Source: Octopus vulgaris
Taxonomy: Eukaryota
DNA length: 64,000 nucleotides
NCBI GenBank assembly: GCA_951406725.2
Contig: OX597821.1
Span: 88,908,001 to 88,972,000, forward strand
Direction: 5' to 3'
Shown: piece after piece, positions 38,631-51,711 of the stretch
Layout: every line of letters starts with the position of its first letter
Numbering within the stretch: position 1 is the stretch's first letter
The notes under the pieces: model-generated
Told to the model about the DNA's origin: nothing
Seen by the model: the letters and a program-made list of their open reading frames with translations, nothing else
Database searches by the model: none
Program-made: the position numbers and the translations under genes

Positions 38631-38847
38631 TTTACTCTTTTACTTGTTTCAGTCATTTGACTGTGGTCATGCTGGAGCACCGCCTTTAGTCGAGCAAATC
38701 GACTACAGGACTTATTCTTTGTAAGCCTAGTACTTATTCTATCGGTCCATTTTGCCGAACCGCTAAGTTACGGGGACGTAAACACACCAGCATCGGTTGT
38801 CAAGCAATGCTAGGGGGACAAACATAGACACACAAACACACACACAT

Positions 38848-38902
<55 letters not shown>

Positions 38903-39062
38903 TACGACAGGCTAATTCAGTTTCCGTCTTACCAAATCCACTCACAAGGCTTTGGTCGGCCCGAGGCTATAGTAGAAGACACTTGCCCAAGGTGCCACGC
39001 AGTCGGACTGAACCCAGAACCATGTGGTTCGTAAGCAATCTACTTACCACACAGCCATTCCT
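38631..39062 (-). mobile_element. SINE family A, near full length
   Basis: Reverse complement matches family A. Confidence 0.93.
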
Positions 39063-39416
39063 ACTTGGAAAACGGTGACGTTATTTTCAGACTAACAAAT
39101 ATCAACGCTAATATGTATAGATTAAGGTACCGATTTTACAGAGAAGAAAGCCTGAATATTTTAGAAACATTAAATGGATTTAAATGTAAAACAATGAAAG
39201 TCAGCATTTTTCTCTATTTTCTACGTATTTCATGCACTGCACTAGCTTTTAGATGAGATGTGCTTTAAATATGCAGTTTAAGTCACGACGGCGCTGTAAA
39301 TAAAATACATACTGTACACACACAAACACACATCTATCTACCAATCTCTATCTATCTATCTATCTTATCTATGTTATCTATCTATCAATCTGTCTGTCTT
39401 TCTCTTCCTCACTTTT

Positions 39417-39452
<36 letters not shown>

Positions 39453-39557
39453 GGGTCAATGTAATCGACTTAATCCCTTTGTCTGTTCTTGTTTGTCCCC
39501 TCTATGTTTATCCCCTTGTGGGCAGTAAAGAAATACATATATATATACATATATACT

Positions 39558-39889
39558 GAGACCCCCTTTCGGTCACGACACAGACCATGGGATTGCACCT
39601 AGAAAGTTACCTTCCCAAGCACAAGTCCAAGCAATGTTGCTTATGGAAGACCAGCAGTCATCCATGCATACCGGCCTCCCCTCTCCACGCCACCAGTGTT
39701 ATCCAAGGGAAAGGCAACGGTCGATACAGCTTGGCACCTGTGACGTCGCAACTCATTTCTACAGTTGAGTGAACTGTAGCAACGTTAAATAAAGTGTCTT
39801 GCTCAAGAACACAACCCGCAGCCCGTTCCTGGAGCTCACAATCTCGGGATCGTAAGCTCGACGCTTTAACCACTGAGCCATGCGCCTTC

Positions 39890-39890
<1 letters not shown>
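39558..39890 (-). mobile_element. SINE family C, full length
   Basis: Homologous to 8668-8995; tRNA boxes and CORE-like domain. Confidence 0.9.
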
Positions 39891-39925
<35 letters not shown>

Positions 39926-40529
39926 TTATGTGCAACTAACGAAATTATTTCTACCTGTTAAGTATTGAAATATGTCTACTAGTAATTTATAGACTTATAA
40001 CATATTGCGTTCTATTCAACTGAATATTCGCCATTCTTGGAAAACTTAATTTACTTTTCCAGATATATTAAAACTGATGCTCCACTGCTGCTGTTGACGT
40101 ACTGTCAGGCTTGCTAGTAACATGCTCATATTGTGCAGTTATACTAATACTATAAAAGTGTCGTTGAGGTACTTACTCTAATACTTCTTCTAGAATAATT
40201 GTGATTGCTTTACTCAATGCGTAATGGTAATTCTTCATCTTGCTTCGTTGTTTTTTGGCAATGACTTCGCAGTCAACTGCATCCATCCACCATCCTTCTG
40301 AATGCTCAATCAGCCGTTTTTCGTTGAAGAAAAAGTCATTTCCTTTTCTCCATTGACAAATGGAATTGTTATGTGCCACCGAAATCTATGGCAAAATCCC
40401 GATCATACTTTACGCCAGTTTCTTCATTTACTTTCAGCTCGTGGTACTGATATAGTTAGTAATTAGTATAGGAGTTGCTACAGTGCATGGACTACAAACA
40501 TTTTTGATACACTTAGACTTGGGGCTTGA

Positions 40530-40596
<67 letters not shown>

Positions 40597-42720
40597 GAGC
40601 AACCCTGCAGATGAAAATGGTGCCCAAATTAGGCGTTACCAACAACGTATGTATTATCATTGGAGAGAAAAGGGATTGTTTCAACTCACGGAACAGAGAC
40701 TATGTGATCACGCTAGAGCAATAAGAAAAAAATCTTTGGTTCCCAGAAGTAGAGCTCGAAGTTATCAAAAGACGGGTATTAGAAAATAGCAGCAGAGATA
40801 ACGATGAAAATACAGTTCTTACAAATAAAAGTAATCTCATAGCACAGGAAAGGAGCAGTGGTAGTTTACTTGATGAGAGACATATAGATGATCTAAAAGA
40901 AGACAATAAAATTAATGGCGACATGACAGATGAACAAAAGGCAATATGCGACAGAATAATGGCAAGACTACAGGAGATCGATAGCGACATTATTTGAAAC
41001 CTTAAAAAGGTTGATCAGTGGAAATTGAACCGAGAAACGAAAAATGTCAATGAAATTCTGTAATACATCAGAACAAACATCATCACAGAAACAAATAATT
41101 TGATCAAGGCGGCAGGTATTGTTGTAGTAAAAAAACGTGGGAGTTGATGTCAAGAAAAAGAAATATAATGGGAGCGACAAAAGAAAAGATACATGGTGGA
41201 AAAAAAGAATGCAGGCAAGGTTAGATATGCTCTCGAAGGACATTTTTGTGTTAGACCGAAAAGAGAAAGGGGAGCTTAAAAGCGAATAAAAATACAGGGC
41301 GCTGAAAAGGAAGTATAACATTGAAAGAAAGGGCGTCAAAGTAGTAATGGAGGAACTGAAACAGCGCCCAGTTGCAAAGAATAGTTTATCCTGAGTAGAT
41401 CAGAAGAGATTCTATAAAGAAATAAATGGCGTGTGTACAGATGAAAAGTTGATACCAGATAACAATGTATGTCAAAGGTTTTGGAGTGACATCTGGTGCA
41501 AATACAAGGAGCACAAGAAGGATGCTGAATGATCTCAAGAACTAAAACAAACAGTAGTCTGTCCAAAACTGGCAGAACTAGTCATTTCATTTAGGAAAGT
41601 GAAGGAAATGAGCAAAAAAAAAGAAAAAAAAAGAAAAACGAACAACTGGAAAGCCCCGGAACCAGATGGAGTTTAAGGCTACTGGATCAAAAGATTCGGT
41701 GAATGTCATGCACGAATAGCTGTACATCTCAACACCTTTTTAAATATCGACCAAGTAACACCAGAGTGGTTGACATTGCGTAGGACAGTGCTGTGACTGA
41801 AAAGCATCGAAAAAGGCAATACGTTATCCTGTTTGCCACTTATGTCGAAATTATTGACTGGAATACTCGCATCTTCTACGGGGTCTGCCTGTCCCCACTC
41901 ATCTTTCTACTGTGTTTGATCCCACTAACACTGATTCTGAGGAAAGCAAAAGCTGGGTATGTATTCAAAAGCTGCTAACAGAAAGTCAACCATTTGTTAA
42001 TCATGGATGACCTCAAACTTTATGGTAAAGATGAAGCCCAAGTCAGTTCCCTCGTTGATACGACGTATCAAAATGGAGTTCGGGCTGAGAAAGTGTGGTG
42101 TGTTAATCTTGAAGAGAGGCAAAATCAAATGTATGGACGGGCTAACGATACTGTCGGGGGAGGTTATGAAGCAGATAGAAGAGACGGGCTATAAGTACTT
42201 GGGGATTTTGGAAATGGATAAATTGATGGAGAAACAAATGACAGAAAACTTACGTTGGAGTACTGGCGCAGACTGAGACTAATCCCTAAGTCGAAATTAA
42301 ACGGACGAAATAAGACTGAAGCTATCAACACTTCGGCGGTTGCAAACAAGCTGATGTAGAGCAGAAGCACACCCGTCAGTGGCTACGGCGCTCGGGACCA
42401 AAAGCAGAGAGTGAAAACTTTATCTTGGCTGCCCAAAATCAAAGTTCATTGACTCGGAACTATAAAACCAATGTGATGAAAAAGGATGTAGACTCAAAGT
42501 TCCCAAACTGCAACGATGGGATAGAAACAGTCGTCCACCTAATGTCTGGATGTAAGGTTTTCGCACCTGTAGAGTGCAAATCGATACATGACGGAGTTAG
42601 CCCATATCTACATTGGATAATGTGTCGGCATTATAAAATCAATGTATACAATACGTTTCTCTGCCCTAGGTATCAGGAAGACACTCGGCAAGAAATGGAA
42701 ACAGAATTGACAAAAGATGC
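40597..42720 (+). mobile_element. Decayed R4/Dong-clade non-LTR retrotransposon (RT + CCHC), internally deleted, inserted in (TAA)n
   Basis: Broken frames give WFPEVELEVIKR, WWKKRMQARL, NWKAPEPDG, LSPLIFLLCLIPL, MDDLKLY (RT catalytic motif), EFGLRKC, YKYLG and AAQNQ...CNDGIETVVHLMSGC (zinc knuckle). (TAA)n on both flanks (40531-40596, 42721-42897). Confidence 0.93.
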
Positions 42721-42762
<42 letters not shown>

Positions 42763-42850
42763 CAACAACAATGACAATAATAATAATAACAACGACAATA
42801 ATAATAATAAAATGACAATAACAACAACAACAACAACAATAATAATAATG

Positions 42851-42897
<47 letters not shown>

Positions 42898-42899
42898 TT

Positions 42900-43099
42900 T
42901 GGTACAAGGCTAACAATTTTGGACAAAGGGGCAAATCAATTACATTGACCCTTGTTTCACTTGCACTTATTTTATCGACCCAGAAATGATGAAAAGCAAC
43001 GTCAACCTCGGTGGAATTTGAACTCAGAACACGAAGACAGACGAAATGTTGTTAAGCATTTTACCAGGCGTGCTGACGGTTTTGCCAATTCGCCGCCTT
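42900..43099 (-). mobile_element. SINE family B-related copy
   Basis: ttatcgacccagaaatgatgaaaagcaacgtcaacctcggtggaatttgaactcagaac is the reverse complement of the family-B core. Confidence 0.8.
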
Positions 43100-44565
43100 A
43101 ATACTACTACTACTGCTGCTACTACTACTACGACTACTACTACTACTACTACTAATACTACTACTACTACCGATGATGATGATGATTTTGATGATGATAA
43201 TGATTGCTAACATTGACAAACGGCTTATATATGAAATATTGCCTTCATGAGTTAGCGACTCACTTGATTGAATTTCCTCCATATTTTACTGGTTCTCATT
43301 ATATCAACCTAGCAATGATAAAAACCAAAGTTGTCCTCAGACCTAATTGAAATTAGAAAACAAACTCCACAGCATAATGACTCCATAATTCTACTATTAT
43401 TGCCACTGCAATATACTGGAAATAGCAATAATCAGGTAGGTATATTGCCGTTGATAACAACATACCGCTTAAATAAGCGAAAGCGAAACTCACTGCGTTC
43501 AGCACTATTAAATGTCATTACGATATCTCAACATTATCATTTGTCATTTGTAAGAAGCTTTAAAGGTTTCGTTGAGAAGTTCATGAAATAATTGTACAAA
43601 CGTGGGTTATGCAGTGCTGTCTCCGAAAACCTCAAAATTAAGGACACTCGAATTTTATTTTACTAACAAGTTCTTAGCATTTCAAAAGAATTGTAATACT
43701 TCAAGTAAACTGCTGCAAGAATTCTTGAAAACCATTCATTTAATTCTTATTATTGTCGTTCCAATAACATTAAAACTAACGAATATCGGAAATCTCTGTG
43801 TCAGCCAGTGGTAAGTGGTAGCTTTGTTCATGAAAACATCGGTGAACTAATTCAGTAATGGCAAAGGTGGACATGAAAGTGAAAAGCAAGCTTCTTCTCA
43901 CAACCAAACGAGCAGTCAAATAATTGAAATTGAAGTAAATAGATTTATGATGTAAATCTTAAAAGAGAGAGAAAATATTTGTAATGTTGCCTAGGTGGCG
44001 ACAGATATTCGCCTTGCATACCATATTCTGATGTAGACACACGAGAGAGAAAGATAAAGCATTATGACCGTCCACTTTCTTACAAAATTCCTAATTATTT
44101 TCGTGTAGCCAATCGGTATTATAATACTTACTATATCATTGTAGAAACGTATCTGCGTCACAACTTATATTTCTTCATGTCTTGAAATCTACCGTCTTTG
44201 CATCGTACTTGAGTTTTAGCTTTCCTTTTCATCGCTTAATGAGAAAAGAGGCAGTGACCATGTGCCTTTCAGGATCTCCGAGGTTGGTTGGAAGAAGAGA
44301 GGAAGATGCATCCAATGACCAACTCGTAGTAGTGTTAAATCGGGTGACAGATAAAACTACCTCATGCACTCCGTTAAAAACACTAAATGCCTAGTATTTA
44401 ACCCGAGGACATATTAAATTTATTATCCTAGTGTATTCCATTGCGAGTGGGAGGAGTTTTCAGGGTTTCAGATCAAGTTTACCATAACGTTTTACGTCGT
44501 AAAAATAAAAATATTAATGAGTAATTAATATGAAGCAGGTTCGTTAAGTAATTTACTCTTCGTTA

Positions 44566-44710
44566 CAATTGGCAACATTTCGTTATGACCGGCAGAAGCA
44601 GGCACACGTTGTGGGCTGTTCAGTATGACTTCCATTTCTCTATCGGTATTTAGAGCTGTCACACTGTCACACACACCTCACCCAACACACACGCATATAC
44701 TAGACATGAA
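44566..44710 (+). repeat. ~145-bp direct repeat of 46298-46442
   Basis: ccggcagaagcaggcacacgttgtgggctgttcagtatgacttcc...catatactagac is near-identical at both sites. Confidence 0.92.
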
Positions 44711-46168
44711 TTTGTTTAGATGCTTGACTCAGTTTCGACACAGTCGAATATGATATCGCGGCGGTTCCTTTCTAAAGAGGGTAAATGTAACTTGAGAGAG
44801 TTATAGCAAACTATAACTATAGCTTGCATTTAAGATCAGTTCTTGAACTCGGGTTAAAAAATACCTGGCTTTTTGTCCATGTTTCATTCTGGTGGAGTCG
44901 ATAGAGTGCAACCTTATTTAGCATAGGATTGATATTTCGCATCTCGTCACCGGCGAAACGCTCTCTCTTCAAACCAAAACATCTAATGCTCTCAGACTTA
45001 CACAGCCTATTTGAACCATTCAAAACTGTTTATACTCGGACAGAATCTTACATTCCAAGCAACGAAAAGAGTGAACAAATGTTTTTGAGTCATGAGTATA
45101 AACAGACCTGAGAGCCTGGAGAAAATAGATAATCACGTTAATATTAAACCTCAGGAAGGAACAACCAAGCACATTGTATTAATAAGTTTCAATATTATCG
45201 CCATGTGATAGTATGTATGCAATAAACTGTCTGTTTCTAGTTAAACTCTCCCATATGTAGGCATCATATGCTAGACAGAAGATATTACTCGTCAACTAGG
45301 TTTCATTGTCGAGTAAATAATTCACGCAAGAATATATTGACAGCTCTATAATACTGACTTAGTGGTTTAAAAATTAAATATTTCTCACTCACCATCCACT
45401 GATAAATCATAGATAAGTAGGTAAAAGCTTACTAAATGGATGGACTATTAAAACTGCTAAAGTAGATTAAAATACCTATTATTATTAATCTGATCGATGT
45501 CTCAGCATTAAGTAATTTTTAAACAATTATCGTTTTTAAGCAATTTGTGTTTAACTACACTAGCTTGTCAGAATAATTACCTCGCTATACCTCCCCTAAC
45601 ATTGCAGCCAGCAAATTACAACCAGATTGCACTTCTACTGTGATGAACTAATGCTTTAAAAATCCGGAGTTGACTCCCGTACAAATCAGAAGAAGGAAAA
45701 TTAAAATATTTGTCATTGATTAATATTTGCTTGGCATAGCATAGTTATTTCTACTGTTAGGTTATTTTTAATGTTTTATTCACGAAATCTGCTTTCACAA
45801 CTTTAACTAGATTGTATTTAGATTGATTAAACGGTATTGAACTGAAAATCTCTCCCTCGTTAGTAGTAATTTGAAAACCGCAAACCAAACGTGCCCCACC
45901 ATTTAGTGTGGTGATTATCAGTAGCTCGATGAGTTATTTCTAAATATTAATTTAGAATTTGAGTACGTGACATACATCAAAATAATACATGGTACTATAT
46001 GGTTAGATTACCTCATGAATTTAATCTTCAAAATAAACTTACATCCAATTGAGTTGGTACATGATTGAAAAGAGTGTAACTTGGATTTTGTGATTTTCTC
46101 AAGGGTAATGTGTATGTAACTGAAATAAACTAACAATTTAGAATGGGATTTACTTGCGACTTTCATCT

Positions 46169-46686
46169 TGTAAGGCTTTTTAATACCGCATTATGATTCT
46201 CACCATCCACGTACACCAGCAACCATATCCCTCGAAGACGTTTAGTTACGCACTCTTAATTACCGTCATATTCTTCATCTCTTTCCATTTCTAACAGCAA
46301 TTAGCAACATTTCCTTATGTCCGGCAGAAGCAGGCACACGTTGTGGGCTGTTCAGTATGACTTCCATCTCTCTATCGGTATTTAGCGCTGTCACACTGTC
46401 ACACACACCTCGCCCGACACACACGCATATACTAGACGTGAAGGAAATCCACAATGCAGTAGAACGGCTGTGAAAACAACTTAGGAGGTCGAATGAAATA
46501 TATTTATACACGGAAAAACGTGGGCAGCAAGCCGCTACAGATGATCGAATCTCTACCTCTCAAACACGACTCCTGACAACAGACACTGTCTTTTATCGTG
46601 TGTGTGTGTGAGAGAGAGTGTTTTGCAATAAGGTGGTGGAGTGACATAACACATACTCTAGTATAACAGACTTAGAATTCCTTACA
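46169..46686. mobile_element. Possible solo LTR (or two nested LTRs)
   Basis: Termini TGTAAGG...CCTTACA form a 7-bp inverted repeat with TG..CA. An inner minus-strand unit 46439-46686 also reads TGTAAGGAA...TTCCTTCA. No TSD seen. Confidence 0.5.
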
Positions 46687-47057
46687 TGTTCTTTAATTTC
46701 TGTCCATCATTGTTCTGAGTTCAAACCTATCTGTGTCGTACATTTATATTATTGAGCCGATTACCTCCAGCCTGACATCGGTGTTAAGAAGAACTGCAAA
46801 GAAATTATTCTCATGTCGTTCTCACAGCACAGAGCAGCCGATTATGAAAACGAGGCATAGAAAGATCTAGCATGTTATTTTATTAATCACGGGGCGATAA
46901 AAATTTAGACCTAAAGAAGAGGTCTAAACCGAATTTGAACACAGGAGGCAGCAACCGAAACAAATACTGCTAGTCTTGAGTGACGCTCTAAATTCTTGAT
47001 TAGGTTACAAATGTAGGCAGAAAGTCAACAATAGATAAGAACGTTTTTAGTAGATAC

Positions 47058-47541
47058 CTATTTCTTTACTACCCACAAAGGGCTAAACACAGAGAGGACA
47101 AACAAGGACAGATAAACGGATTAAGTCGATTACATCGACCCCAGTGTGTAACTGGTACTTAATTTATCGACCCCGAAAGGATGAACGGCAAAGTCAACCT
47201 CTGCGGAATTCGAACTCAGAACGTAACGGCAGACGAAATACGGTTGCGCATTTCGCCCGGTGTGCTAACGTTTTGCCAGCTCGCCGCCTTACGTTTTTAA
47301 TAGATACCTATTTCTTTATTACCCACAAGGGGCTAAACACAGAGGAGACAAACAAGAACAGACATAGCTATTAAGTCGATTACATCGACCCCAGTGCGTA
47401 ACTGGTACTTAATTTATCGACCCCGAAAGGATGAAAGGCAAAGTCGACCTCTGCGGAATTCGAACTCAGAACGTAACGGCAGACGAAATACGGTTACGCA
47501 TTTTGCCCGGCGTGCTAACGTTTCTGCCAGCTCGCCGTCTT
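47058..47541 (-). mobile_element. Head-to-tail tandem pair of SINE family B
   Basis: Two ~250-bp units; flanking motif acgttttta(g/a)tagatacc at 47041, 47291 and 47542. Confidence 0.93.
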
Positions 47542-48572
47542 ACGTTTTTAATAGATACCATCGACTCCAGTACTTCAATGGTACCGTATTTTATGACTCT
47601 AAAAGGATAAAGTTGGACGCTGTAGCATATGAACTCAGAATGTAATGAACCAGGAAAAATACTGCGAAGTATTTTTCTCACGGTCTAATGATTTTGCTAT
47701 GGCTCTGCCCGCTCACTACTTGGGCACCGCTCTTATAATAATAACAAATTGGGATAATAAAAATAAATAAATAAATAAAGAGTAACAATTGCTATAATTG
47801 GTAACATGAGGCGATGAGGAAGTTTCAGGATGGTGGTTCAACCAACTACATTAATAGCCTAAAAATCTCTCTCAAATCACACTACATTGTCTTAACTCTG
47901 AATGAACACAGACACTGTGGCAATACGTAAGTCTAAAACGTGTGTGCTGACAGCTGGGATATATTTTTCATGTCTATTGGTTGTCAAGACTCACCTTGAG
48001 CTAAATTACATCAAAAACAATAACGATTAGTAATGCAACAGCAGTAAATAAAACATATATATTACCAATGCATTGTTACAAATTTAAATCAGCAACATTC
48101 ATAACACTTTCGACAATAAAACAGTAGCGGCAGCCATAGCATTAGACACAACGTTATCGCAGGTTGTTGAAAGTGCTGCAACATCCTTCCTCAACCTGCT
48201 AGAAATAGCAAGCTAATATTGATTTCAAATTTTGACACAAGTTCGTTGGAAGGGGCTAGTCGATTACATCGATCCCGTACTCAACTGGTACTTAATCCAT
48301 GGACGCCGAAATGATAAAGTTAAGGTCGTCGACGAAGGCAGATTTTAATCGGAGACCGTAAAGACGGACGAAATGCCACTAAGCATTTTTGCTCGGCGTG
48401 GTAACAATTCTGCGTGTTCTCCATCTTATTGCATAAGGATATTAAATACATCATACCCTACTATCTTTAGCAGAGAGGGTAATGTTGTAAATTACACTCC
48501 TAGGTACACAATATTTGGGTTAGGTTGGGTCTAACATTTCTGATAGGTCAACGCCGACTAAGTTCCAGCTCC

Positions 48573-48928
48573 TAGACTGCGGCCATGCTGGGGCATCACC
48601 TTGAGCGAATCGACCCCAGCACTTTTCTCTTTTTTTCAAGCCTGGTGCTTATTCTATCACTCAATTTTGCCGAACCACTACGTTACGGGGACGAAAACAC
48701 ACCATCACCAATTGCGAAGCGGTGGTGGTGGGAGCAAATACAGACTCAATAACATGGATATATATATATACACACGATAAGTTTCTTTCAGTTTCCGCCG
48801 ACCAAATTCACTCACAAAGCTTTGGTCGGCCCGAGGCTATAGTAGAAGGCATTTGCGCAAGGTGCCACGCAGTGGGACTGAACCCGGCACCATGTGGTTG
48901 TGAAGCAAGCTTCTTACCACACAGCCAC
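48573..48928 (-). mobile_element. Diverged SINE family A copy
   Basis: Reverse complement of family A head, body and tail. Confidence 0.85.
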
Positions 48929-49363
48929 TTTCACAGAGGAGAAAATTAAACACCCATGATATTTCGTGGCAGAATCTCAAGAAACCGATACAGCTCATCC
49001 AATGAGATTCCATGGTCCACATTAAAAAATTAGAAATTAATGTGAATGCGTCAATGAAGGTCCTTGTGTATGAATGCAGGAATTGCTAGAAACAACAGCC
49101 AAAGTTCTTTGAAATCATATCGACTGTCTTGTAAAATCACTCGTTGGACATATGCAGTCTTGGGATCACTATACTTAGAAAAAGGGATGAGTTAAACGTC
49201 AAATGATAATGTGAGTCGAGTCGTTTTCAAACTACGGTTGAAAACGACTCGTTTAATGTACAGCATCGAGCTTTCGGGTGTACAACCACAATATCGGGAA
49301 GAACTTATTTAACCTCTGTCTGTGACTGCTCTCAAATTATACCCAGAAACGCCTTAGCAACAA

Positions 49364-49413
<50 letters not shown>

Positions 49414-49545
49414 AATGTGTGTGTGTGTATGCATGTATGTATATCTATCTATATATAAACGTCTACATACATATGTGTACATGCATACATACACACACAC
49501 TTTCATACACACACGCATATATATATATATTTATATATATATATT

Positions 49546-49580
<35 letters not shown>

Positions 49581-49622
49581 TGATCAAAATAAAAATAAAA
49601 ATAAAACAAGTACTCACCCCGA

Positions 49623-49695
<73 letters not shown>

Positions 49696-50447
49696 CAGCA
49701 GATAATAGTTACAGCAATAATTATAACGACAATTATTATTATAGATGTTAAAGTAACAATTATAGCAACAACAAAGTGTGTAATGTCTGACAAATAACTA
49801 TAGCAGCAAGCTGAGTCACAACAACAACAAACGCAACAATAACGGCAGCAACAACGACAACAACACTAACGGTGAAAAATTCAAAAACAAAAGCGACCAC
49901 CACCACCACTATTACGGACTTTTATAGCAGCACCACCATCATTTCTGTTGCTGCCATGCCCATCATTTCATACACCACAAATAATTAGTAATGGTAAGCA
50001 AATACATTCTCTATCTCTTCTTTTCGTGGTAGTACTGTTGCTAACATGTCCTACACTTCTAATATGGCCTCTTTGCCAATAACACATTCTCCCCACCACT
50101 GCTCCAGCCTTATGATTCCATACATAAAATATCCTTAATCTGATTTTCTACACACGGACAGCAGAATCCAATTATTGCTAGGCCATTCAAGTGAACACTA
50201 ACCGAATAATTGAGTAACCGGTCTTAACATAACTGCAACCATTGTATTTCGTTGAGCATTAAACTGAAACCAAAGCGAAGACCTGAACTATGCTTTAACT
50301 ACAAAGAATCAATCCTAACTAAATACCGAATACTAAACATCAGGTTTCAAGCTCGTAAATCTCTACGCAGATGCTTAACCCGATAGAAATAACAGCGAAA
50401 TATACCTCAAATTACATCCGTTTAAAAAATATATAGAAAGATACTTA

Positions 50448-50610
50448 GGCGCAGGAGTGGCTGTGTGGTAAGTAGCTTGCTAACCAACCACATTGTTCCG
50501 GGTTCAGTCCCACTGCGTGGCATCTTCGGCAAGTGTCTTCTGCTATAGCCTCGGGCCGAACAATGCCTTGTGGGTGGATTTGGTAGACGGAAACTGAAAG
50601 AAGCCTGTCG

Positions 50611-50671
<61 letters not shown>

Positions 50672-50894
50672 GTGCGTGCGTTTGTGTGTCTGTGTTTGTC
50701 CCCCTAGCATTGCTTGACAACCGATGCTGGTGTGTTTACGTCCCCGTCACTTAAGCGGTTCGGCAAAAGAGACCGATAGAATAAGTACTGGGCTTACAAA
50801 GAATAAGTCCTGGGGTCGATTTGCTCGACTAAAGGCGGTGCTCCAGCATGGCCGCAGTCAAATGACTGAAACAAGTAAAAAAAAGAAAAAAAAA
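50448..50894 (+). mobile_element. SINE family A, full length
   Basis: tRNA-like head, internal (TA)n, A-rich tail. Confidence 0.95.
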
Positions 50895-50966
50895 GGAAGA
50901 ACCCATTGGATAATCAAAGTAGCTAGTTTGAAAATCTCCGTAAGAGATGGGAGCAGTAACTATACC

Positions 50967-51301
50967 GAGAAGCAATGTTTATCGCCACTCCGATATGGCT
51001 GCCCCGTTGGAACAGACATTACTACCGTTTTTAACTCCAGGGGTAATTTCCTCCGGCTGGTTACCGATGCAACCACTGAGGATAGGCACAATAGCTCGAA
51101 ACCTTATGTTTTGGTGGTCCTGTCGCCTTCGCTTGAAGATGGTAGAGGTTCGCTCCTCTCTCCTCCACTTGCAATATATATATTGGAGGCAGATTGCATC
51201 TGAATAACCAGCTGGAGAAGACTCCTCCTGGAGTTAAAAACAATGGTGACGTTGGTTCCTACGGCACAGCTATATCGAAGTGATGATAATCATTATTTCT
51301 C
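50967..51301 (+). mobile_element. Second fold-back element with a hammerhead-like motif in the spacer
   Basis: Arm ~50967-51072 is an imperfect reverse complement of ~51192-51301 (e.g. gtttttaactccagg / cctggagttaaaaac; ttatcgccactccgatatggctg / cagctatatcgaagtgatgataa). Confidence 0.8.
51072..51115 (+). ncRNA. Degenerate type I hammerhead motif
   Basis: ACCA-CUGAGGA-UAGGC(ACAAUA)GCUC-GAA-ACC(UUAU)GUU-U-UGGU. Core intact and stem I 4 bp; stem II closing pair and one stem III pair are mismatched. Confidence 0.55.
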
Positions 51302-51314
51302 ATTGGATTATATA

Positions 51315-51711
51315 CTAGCAGTATCGCCCGGCGTTGCTCGGGTTTGTAAGGGAAATAACTATATAAGCATTTTTAGAGATGTAAAGTATAATAGCCATCT
51401 CAATATGGCTAACCACAAAGGGGGGGGTATTACTGTAGCTTTTTACGTTCTGAGATTTAATAATAAATTTTTAGAGAGTTACTTCCCTTATATATGCCAA
51501 AAATGCATTAAAAATGGGAAAAATTGATGGTAATTTTTTTTTAAAATCGTAGACTCATTGTAGACGCGCGCTAATACCCAGAAGTGCTCGATATGAATCA
51601 CAACTATAAGATACCCGGTTTTGGTTAAACTGCACCGCAAAATGTGGGAGTAGTTAGGAATCTAAATCGTAGGAGACAGACAGCACACAACCTTTCTTTT
51701 ATATATAAAGA
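51315..51711 (-). mobile_element. Non-autonomous Helitron (second family)
   Basis: Minus strand A|TCTTTATATATAAAAG...cccgagcaacgccgggcgatactgCTAG|T. Confidence 0.88.

Noticed and set aside
44790-45023. Minus-strand peptide faintly like a CR1 LINE ORF2 end (GLKRERFAGD, NSLKL)
   Set aside because: Similarity too weak to support without a search.
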